From NCBI GenBank assembly GCA_964016885.1, contig OZ024743.1, positions 375,968,001 to 376,032,000 of the forward strand: a stretch of DNA of 64,000 nt, read 5' to 3'. The position numbers and the translations under genes were made by a program. Source of the stretch: Eledone cirrhosa. Its lineage: Eukaryota. Within the stretch, counting starts at the first letter, position 1. Every line of letters starts with the position of its first letter. Positions 55,687-64,000 of this stretch are shown here, piece by piece. Below the pieces are notes generated by a model. The model saw nothing but the letters and a program-made list of their open reading frames with translations, was not told the origin of the DNA and searched no databases.

Positions 55687-56045
55687 TGAATTGGAAAAAA
55701 AAAAAAAAAAAAAAAAAAAATAATAGTAATAATAATAATAGTAATAATAATAATAGTACACTATTAATAATTATTAATGCACTCGTGCAATGCCTGTGCG
55801 TGACGAATATTTTTAAAGTGAGGAAAGACTGTGCACTGAGCCAATCCCACTCTCTGAGCGACAGTAGCTATAACCCGAAAAGAAGAAAAGATCAACATCA
55901 TCGGTAACTACTGAGCCGCAGGTTTTATGTCGGAGTTAACCCAGTTTCCTGAGATGCCTTCTCCTAGAAGAATGCCCTGACAAGGGCTAGGGGTCCTTCA
56001 CTCCCAGTGGTTTACTGCGCGATCAGGCATCCAGCCCGATTATTT
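52982..56045 (-). mobile_element. RTE-clade LINE copy 3 with 5'UTR, APE and RT; 3' end replaced by the minisatellite
   Basis: Highly similar to copy 1 in the overlap; 5'UTR shared with family C. Confidence 0.93.
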
Positions 56046-56230
56046 TTATTTATTTATTTTTTTTTTTTTACATACAAACATACATACATACATACATACA
56101 CACACAAGCACACATACTCTGACATATATTTTCTGTGCCTCCTAGAGATAAACTGTAAGATTCTGTTGAATGATGGACAAGACAGGTTTGTGAAAATGGG
56201 AATAGATTGTGTAAGTTTCACTTATTAGAG

Positions 56231-56560
56231 CAGCGTTTCTCAACCGGTGTTGCTCGGAACCCTAGGATTCCGCAAGAGGTCGCTAGGGGTTCCGCGAGAA
56301 CCAGTGATAAATAAACTAATGTATTTCTTAAAAGTAATTTTTGTTTAATTTTATATTCGTAATTATTACTCTGCATTTACGGCATATTGTCGGAAGATCC
56401 TTGTTTATTTTAAGAAAGGCTGCAACGTCTTATATTATTTAAAACTAGGTCGATACAAGAGATAGATAATAATGGTATATAATAATTTTTATGTAGGGGT
56501 TCCCTGAGACATGAACCTATTTCAAGGGTTCCACAAGGGTAAAAAGGTTGAGAAACGCTG
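56231..56560. mobile_element. Non-autonomous hAT (Charlie-like) DNA transposon/MITE
   Basis: 15-bp TIR CAGCGTTTCTCAACC/GGTTGAGAAACGCTG; 8-bp TSD TATTAGAG at 56223-56230 and 56561-56568; subterminal GGGTTCC motifs. Confidence 0.95.
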
Positions 56561-56760
56561 TATTAGAGGAACAATAGAGATGTAACTGGGGTCAGTCAGT
56601 GTGATTAGATTGACTCAGATACGTAATTAAGGGCTGAACTATTTTCATAGGATTGCATTGACTCATTAACTGTACACACACACAGACAGACAGACACACA
56701 CACACAGACATATATATGTATATGTGTATATATATATATACATACATACATACATACACG

Positions 56761-56811
<51 letters not shown>

Positions 56812-56814
56812 TTA

Positions 56815-57335
56815 TAAATATAAGTATGTACACGTACATACATATATGTATACAGACGTACAGTAGTATGTATATATATATACATACATGCACACATATA
56901 TATATGTACGTATGGATTCACCAAACATTTATTATAATGCTCGGTGTGTTGGTAAACAAACATCCCGTATTAAGCCGTAGTGTCTAGCAACCATCGTTGC
57001 TCGTTTGTTCAACACTGACAAAGGAACACTGTACTAGTTTCAAGCTTATTAGCTATCGTCAGCAACGTATACCTTCCTGCCAGATTGTTGAACGTATATA
57101 CTTACCTTATGCATATTAACGGCTGAGTAGCCCAATTTGCATATCGAGTGGGTTAATCGGCCGGGTGCATCGAAAACGATAAACGGAAAAAATGAAACGT
57201 GTGCATGTATGTATATATATATACATACTACTGTATGCCTGTATACATATATGTATGTACGTGTACATACTTATATTTAAGTAACAGCCGCACTAAGAGT
57301 GGGAAATGAAATTTCGTTTCATTTTTTCCGTTTAT
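56815..57335. repeat. Two interlaced inverted repeats (81-bp and 21-bp arms)
   Basis: 56815-56895 pairs with 57199-57279; 57179-57199 pairs with 57315-57335. Confidence 0.8.
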
Positions 57336-57468
57336 ATTTATAAAATAACAGATTAAAGTTTGGATTTTAGTCTTCAAATTTATTATTATTACTATATATA
57401 TATATATATATATAAATCACTGTATATTTTAGAAAATATATATTTCCACTAGCTCTGACAGTTGACAA

Positions 57469-57534
57469 GTGAACAGTGAACTGCACTGATGAAGGGTAAT
57501 ACCCAGAAACATTAGTGTTTGCAGTTCTGTTTAC
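57469..57534 (+). ncRNA. Type I hammerhead ribozyme (GUU site)
   Basis: gtgaacagtgaactgca CTGATGA a gggt aat accc a GAAAC a ttag tGT T tgcagttctgtttac: ~15-bp bulged stem I, 4-bp stem II, 3-bp stem III. Confidence 0.8.
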
Positions 57535-57684
57535 ATGCCAACATAAGAGCAAGAATGAGGGGCTCATTCTACTGACATGGCTTTAAAAATGAGGTTTGTT
57601 TGCATAATTGCAAACGAATCGAATATTATTATTAATAATATATATACATATATTTACACACTGCATTGACTCAGGTAACTGTAT

Positions 57685-57716
<32 letters not shown>

Positions 57717-58064
57717 GTATATGTATATATTACCATACTCCCCCCCCCCACACCTCCGCCTCTTTCCTCTTCCTTCCCCTGATTCTCCTCATTATTATTA
57801 TCATCCTCATTAATTTATATCTTGCTTTATACCCTTAACGCAACTTGTAGATGATTACTGAAACAACAATTTAACATTTTATTCCATTCCTTTTAAACTT
57901 TTAAACTTTTTATTTGAAATTTATATTTTACATCAGTTACTTAAAAAACAAAACAAAAATAGGAAAGCAAGGCAAAACATTATTTTTTATATTTAAATTG
58001 AGAATTTAATGCTTGTTAAACACTATCACCAGGAATGAATGTATATCTTCTCAATATTTTGCAT

Positions 58065-59470
<1,406 letters not shown>

Positions 59471-59471
59471 A

Positions 59472-59612
59472 ATGATTTCTACTACAGGCACAAGGCTAGC
59501 AATTTGGGTGGGGGTAAAATCGATTAAGTCGACCACAGTGTGTTACTGGTACTTTATTTTACCGACCATGTAAGGACGAAAGGCAAAGCCAACCTCGGCG
59601 GGATTTGAACTC
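59472..59612 (-). mobile_element. 5'-truncated SINE family 1 long variant
   Basis: Homology to 3032-3250. Confidence 0.8.
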
Positions 59613-60275
59613 TAATAATAATAAAAATACTTAGAAACTTATATGCAACGATCTTAAAAGAAACGTCGTTTAAACAAAAAAGTAATGATAATAAATAATA
59701 GAATAAATATATATTATATGTGAAGATCTCAAACATAATGTTGTTGCTTCTATTTGACAAAATAAATAAATATATAAATAGATAAATAAAACTTATATAT
59801 AAAGATCTTAAACCAAACATTGTTGCTTTTATTTAACAAAAAAAACAACAACAAAAATAATAACAATTCACAACACGCTTCTGGTGAGAGAGGAAACAAT
59901 TTAAATTGAGAGAATCTGGCGGAGATAATCAACCTTTGTTTCGTATTTTTTTATTTATTAAAAACCCCCCAAAATAACAGCAAAAAACAAACACACAAAT
60001 AACAAAAACAAAAAGCAAAAAACGCTACTATTACCAATTAATAAAAGAAATTTGTAATATTTTTTTTTATCTTTCTATTTACTGTCGTAAAATTTCCCAT
60101 CCGTTTATCTAGTCTCAGACTAATTCATTAGCCTTTCTCTGGACACACTGGAAAAGGTCACGATTGTTCATGCACTTTTTCTTCTAATTGAAATGGCTGT
60201 TCACTTTAGACAATTTAGTTAATCTGGCTTTCAACAACAAATGCATATTTTCGTATTTTTTCCCCTCCATTTTAT

Positions 60276-60700
60276 TGTATGTATGTATGTATGTATGTAT
60301 GTATGTATGTATGTATGTATGTATGTATGTATGTATGTATGTATGTATGTGTATCTGTGTATATATGAACGTACGAATGTCTGTATGTATGCATGTATTT
60401 ATGAACGTATGTATATATGAATGAATGTATGTATACATTTATGTATGTACGTATGTATGAATGAATGAATGAATGAATGTATTTATGTATGTATGTATGT
60501 ATGTATGTATGTACGAATGTATGTATGCATTTATGTATGTATATTTGTATGTACGTAAGTATGTATTTATGTATGTATGTTTGTATAAATGTATATATGT
60601 ACGTATGTACGTATGTATGTACGTATGTACGTATGTACATATGTATGTATGTACGTATATATGTATGTATCTATGAGCGTGTATGTGTGTATATATGTGC
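60276..60700. repeat. (TATG)n and degenerate derivatives
   Basis: Direct sequence. Confidence 0.9.
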
Positions 60701-61230
60701 TTATTGTTTTCGTATAAAAATGAATAATTATAAATTAAAAGCAAACAAACAAACAAACGAACAGATAATTACAAATAACAAAGTATCTATGCTTTAATTA
60801 AGAAATCCTCGATGATTAAAAAAATTATAAATAAAAATACAAAATAAAAAATTTAAACATAGCAAGACATCAAAAATAGAAAACGAAATTGAAAGCCATA
60901 AAAACTCTGCTAGCTCATGCCTTACTTTGATCAATGTTGTAAAAATATCTACGGTGCTGATAGATTTTTCTCATGATAAAACTAATGCCGCCGTTATTCG
61001 TATTGATCGGTAACTGCCTCCAGAAGCAATTATGATCAATTTCTTATATTTTTTATTTTATTTTATTTTATTGTAATTTTAATATTATTTATTTTTTTAT
61101 TCAAAATTAAAACCATAGCAAAGGCTTTGAGGAGAAAAAATAACAAAAACAAAACAAAAAAAAACAAAAAAAAACAACAAAAAACGAAAAACAAACAACA
61201 AAATCACCCCCCCCCCAAAAAAAAAAAACT

Positions 61231-61261
<31 letters not shown>

Positions 61262-62394
61262 CAACAGAACAATAACTTGAAAATTATTTAACAAAAGATG
61301 TGTTTCTCATTTTATATAAACTTTAGCATGTTTCACCAAGTCAAGGATTATTTCCCTTTAAAACGACTTCTTCATCGATAAATTTATATATATTTGATAA
61401 AAAGAACAAAACTCAACAACAGCATGAACAAGAACAACAAGTTACGCTTCTTGAAAACAAAAAAAAACAAAAACAAAAAACAAAACAAAACAAAACAAAA
61501 AGACACCAACAAAAACTAAGACAAAAAAAACAAGACAAAACAAAACTCTTTCTTTTAATTTTCTAAATTCTTCAGTCATCTATTCGTTTCTATGTTTCAT
61601 ACAAGTTTACATCTTAATTATAAAACTACTTCTTTCCAATTAGACATTTTAACAAAGGAAATTTAATCCTATTTTAGAAGAAAAAATTGTGGCTCAATAA
61701 AACAAACATTAAACACCAAAAATTAAGAAACGAAACAAAACAAACCTTATTTGTTTGAAAAAATTTTTCTTTGGAGTAAAACTGAATTCTATTAAAATGT
61801 CTTTTCTTCTTTAATTCGATAAATTTCTTAAAAAGTAAATATTAAAGAAAAGGAATCGACATTAATTCTATGCCATATTAATATAACCAGCTCTCGGGAT
61901 TGTAGTAATCAATTCTTAGTCAGAGGATCAAATCTACTTCTGAATGACGTATAGATTAATTCACAGCAAACAACAACTGCAACACCGCCACCACCACCAA
62001 CAACACCATGCCCACCACCACCACCAACAACAACAACAGCAGTAGCAGCGCCATCACCAACAACAACTACAACACCAGCAACAACAACAACAGCAGCTGT
62101 AACACCAAGAACAACAACATCAGCACCAACACCATCACCACCAATAACAACAACAACAACACCACTAGGACAACGACGACGACCACCACCACCAACAACA
62201 GCAGCAGCGGCACCACCATCAACAGCAGCAGCACCACCGTCACCACCACCACCACCATTATATCGGTGTCAATACAACTACTCAAATCATATTCTTTCTT
62301 ATCTATCTTAATTTTAGTAATTTTTAAATAAAAAAAAAAAATAAACTTAAAAAAAAAATTTTTTAAATCCCTTAAGATCTTCTTGAAACCGCCA

Positions 62395-64000
62395 CCACCC
62401 CGTTTAAATGAAATCTCCCACCTCTTTAAATGAACTCTCACCACCCCGTTTAAATGAACTCTCCCACCCCTTTAAATGGACGCTCACCACTCCCTTTAAA
62501 TGAATTCTAACCATCCCCTTTTAATGAACTCTCCCACTCCTTTAAATGAACTCTCACCCCTTTTAAATGAACTCTCACCACCCCCTTTAAATGAACTCAC
62601 TCACCCCCTTAAATGAACTCTCACCACCCCTTTAAATAAACTCCCACCTTTAAATAAACTATCACCACCTCCTTTAAATGAACGCTTACCACTCCCTTTA
62701 AATGAACTCTCACAACCCCCTTTATATGAACCCTCCCACCCCCTTTAAATGAACTCTCCCACCTCCTTTAAATGAACTCTCACCACCCCCTTTAAATGAA
62801 TATCCACCCCTCTTTAAATGAACTCTCCCACCTCCTTTATATGAACCCTCCCACCCCCTTTAAATGAACTCTCCTCACCTCCTTTAAATGAACTATCACT
62901 ATCCCTTTTTAAATGAACTCTCACCACCTCCTTTAAATGAACTCTCACCACCTGCTTTAAATGAACTCTCCCACCCCCTTTAAATGAACTCTCACCACCC
63001 GCTTTAAATGAACTCTCACCCCCCTTTAAATGAACTCTCCTCACCCCGCTTTAAATGAGCTCTCATCACCCACTTTATATGAACCCCCCACCTTCTTTAA
63101 ATGAACTATCACCACCCCCTTCAAATGAACTATCACCACCCCTTTAAATGAACTCTCCCACCTCCTTTATATGAACCCTCCCACCCCTTCAAATTAACTC
63201 TCACCACCCACTTTAAATGAACTCTCCCACCCACTTTAAATGAACTCTCACCACTCCCTTTAAATGAACTCTCACCACCCCCTTTAAATGAACTCTCACC
63301 ACCCCCTTTAAATGAACTCTCACCACCTTCTTTAAATGAACTCTCACCACCTTCTTTATATGAACCCTCCCACCCCTTCAAATTAACTCTCACCACCTTC
63401 TTTAAATGAACTCTCCCACCCACTTTAAATGAACTCTCACCACCCCCTTTAAATGAACTCTCACCACCTTCTGTAAATGAACTCTCACCACCTTCTTTAA
63501 ATGAACTCTCACCACCTTCTTTAAATGAACTCTCACCACCCCCTTTAAATGAACTCTCACCACCCCCTTTAAATGATCTCTCACCACCTTCTTTAAATGA
63601 ACTCTCACCACCCCCTTTAAATGAACTCTCACCACCCCCTTTAAATGATCTCTCACCACCTTCTTTAAATGAACTCTCACCACCTTCTTTAAATGAACTC
63701 TCACCACCCCCTTTAAATGAACTCTCACCACCCCCTTTAAATGAACTCTCACCACCTCCTTTAAATGATCTCTCACCACCTTCTTTAAATGAACTCTCAC
63801 CACCTTCTTTAAATGAACTCTCACCACCCCCTTTAAATGAACTCTCACCACCCCCTTTAAATGAACTCTCACCACCCCCTTTAAATGAACTCTCACCACC
63901 TTCTTTAAATGAACTCTCACCACCTTCTTTAAATGAACTCTCACCACCCCCTTTAAATGAACTCTCACCACCCCCTTTAAATGAACTCTCACCACCCCCT
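62395..64000. repeat. 24-bp minisatellite (TTTAAATGAACTCTCACCACCCCC), runs off the window end
   Basis: Direct periodicity, more homogeneous toward the right. Confidence 0.95.

Noticed and set aside
60100-61040. TAAT-rich unique islands resembling conserved enhancers
   Set aside because: Needs cross-species alignment; the motifs alone are uninformative in AT-rich DNA
62814-63995. VVRVHLKG-repeat ORF
   Set aside because: Translation of a 24-bp minisatellite

Overview
Repeat-dominated eukaryotic animal DNA, most likely an octopus/cephalopod intergenic or intronic region (inferred from the extreme microsatellite density and SINE types; not verified). I can support no host protein-coding gene. 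The real coding sequence belongs to non-LTR retrotransposons. (i) Two head-to-tail Tx1/L1-clade LINEs sit in (ATCT)n tracts (15.2-26.0 kb), one of them nearly intact, plus decayed relatives. (ii) An RTE-clade LINE with three C-terminal C2H2 fingers occurs in three partial copies. (iii) R4/Dong-like restriction-endonuclease LINE fragments. Non-coding repeats include two bipartite non-autonomous RTE-type families (B and C), tRNA-derived SINEs, a hAT MITE, Penelope-like inverted repeats carrying hammerhead ribozyme motifs, and several micro/minisatellite arrays. Highlights: a covarying long-range 5'UTR-3'UTR helix shared by the autonomous RTE and both bipartite families; a covarying multi-hairpin RNA at their 5' ends; a 9-kb train of 11 retroelements strung on (TATG)n; and several type I hammerhead motifs.
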